DNA of 38,544 nucleotides from Bacteroidota bacterium (lineage in GTDB: Bacteria > Bacteroidota > Bacteroidia > Flavobacteriales > Weeksellaceae). Below are positions 37,927 through 38,544 of this stretch, piece by piece. Under the pieces are notes generated by a model. That model searched no databases. It was not told where the DNA came from and was given only the letters and a program-made list of their open reading frames with translations. The position numbers and the translations under genes were made by a program. Position 1 is the stretch's first letter. Each line of letters opens with the position of its first letter. Where the stretch lies: positions 1 to 38,544 of the forward strand of contig JAEZDQ010000135.1 in the NCBI GenBank assembly GCA_023433225.1, written 5' to 3'.

Positions 37927-38544
37927 CGACCATAAAATTGTGCGGCAGGGTCTAAAAGAATTACTCGAAAATCTCGGTAATTATCAGGTAATTAATGAAT
38001 TCGAGAGCGGAAAAGAATTCCTGGAAGCTTTACCGCTCAGTCAAATTCCTGATGTTCTGATTCTCGATTATTCCATGCCTGAACTCAATGGAATTGAGTT
38101 CTTGAAAAAAATGGAAGATTATCCCGACTACAAATTCCTTTTACTTACGCAACACCTTAACGAACAAATCATTGACGACGCTTACCATTTTGGAGCAAGA
38201 GGATTTTTACATAAAAATTGTACCGCTCATGATTTGAAATTCGCAATTGACAACATCAAAAACGTAGTTTACAATAATGTTTCTGAAATTTTAAAACGCA
38301 TTAAAAATTATTCTGAATCACAATCCACACCTCAAATTTCAGTTCAACTTTCAGAAAGAGAATTGAGATTTCTGGAGCTGATTTGTGATGAAAATGAATA
38401 TACTTACGACCAAATTGCAGACCTCATGGGGATTTCCATAAAAACCGTTGAGGTTTGTCGAACCATGTTGTTTGACAGATATAACATCAAATCCAAAGTT
38501 GGATTGGTTTTGTTTTCATTCAAATATAAGCTGACAAAGCCTTT
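37901..38544 (+). CDS. NarL/LuxR-family response regulator (stop beyond window; absent from ORF track)
   Basis: ATG 37901: MKASIGIIDDHKIVRQGLKELL..ILDYSMPELNG..LSERELRFLELIC..TYDQIADLMGISIKTVE. Confidence 0.93.
   Translation, partial: MKASIGIIDDHKIVRQGLKELLENLGNYQVINEFESGKEFLEALPLSQIPDVLILDYSMPELNGIEFLKKMEDYPDYKFLLLTQHLNEQIIDDAYHFGARGFLHKNCTAHDLKFAIDNIKNVVYNNVSEILKRIKNYSESQSTPQISVQLSERELRFLELICDENEYTYDQIADLMGISIKTVEVCRTMLFDRYNIKSKVGLVLFSFKYKLTKP

Overview
Bacteroidota chromosome segment, most likely Flavobacteriales/Weeksellaceae-like (inferred from T9SS C-terminal domains, TAnnTTTG -7 promoter elements and gene content). Housekeeping genes (phoB/phoR-like pair, glyA, anmK, nhaA, folC, thrS-infC-rpmI-rplT, a CoA transferase) alternate with accessory modules. 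Main observations: (1) a 3.6-kb integrase-free cassette (Rrf2, DUF2490, TSUP, FAD-binding protein) is flanked by an exact 36-bp duplication of the glyA 3' end, so its last gene and GlyA end in the same 11 residues. (2) A four-gene signalling unit (lipoprotein, stand-alone multi-TM protein, sensor-less histidine kinase, NarL-type regulator) has a divergent promoter with several TAGG-N-CCCTA boxes. (3) A 3.8-kb module is flanked by near-duplicate copies of the rplT terminator. (4) A REP/MITE-like inverted-repeat element lies between infC and rpmI. (5) A Pho-box-like 11-bp-period array precedes a TonB receptor and a non-SusD lipoprotein. No rRNA, tRNA, CRISPR array, integrase or transposase was recognised.
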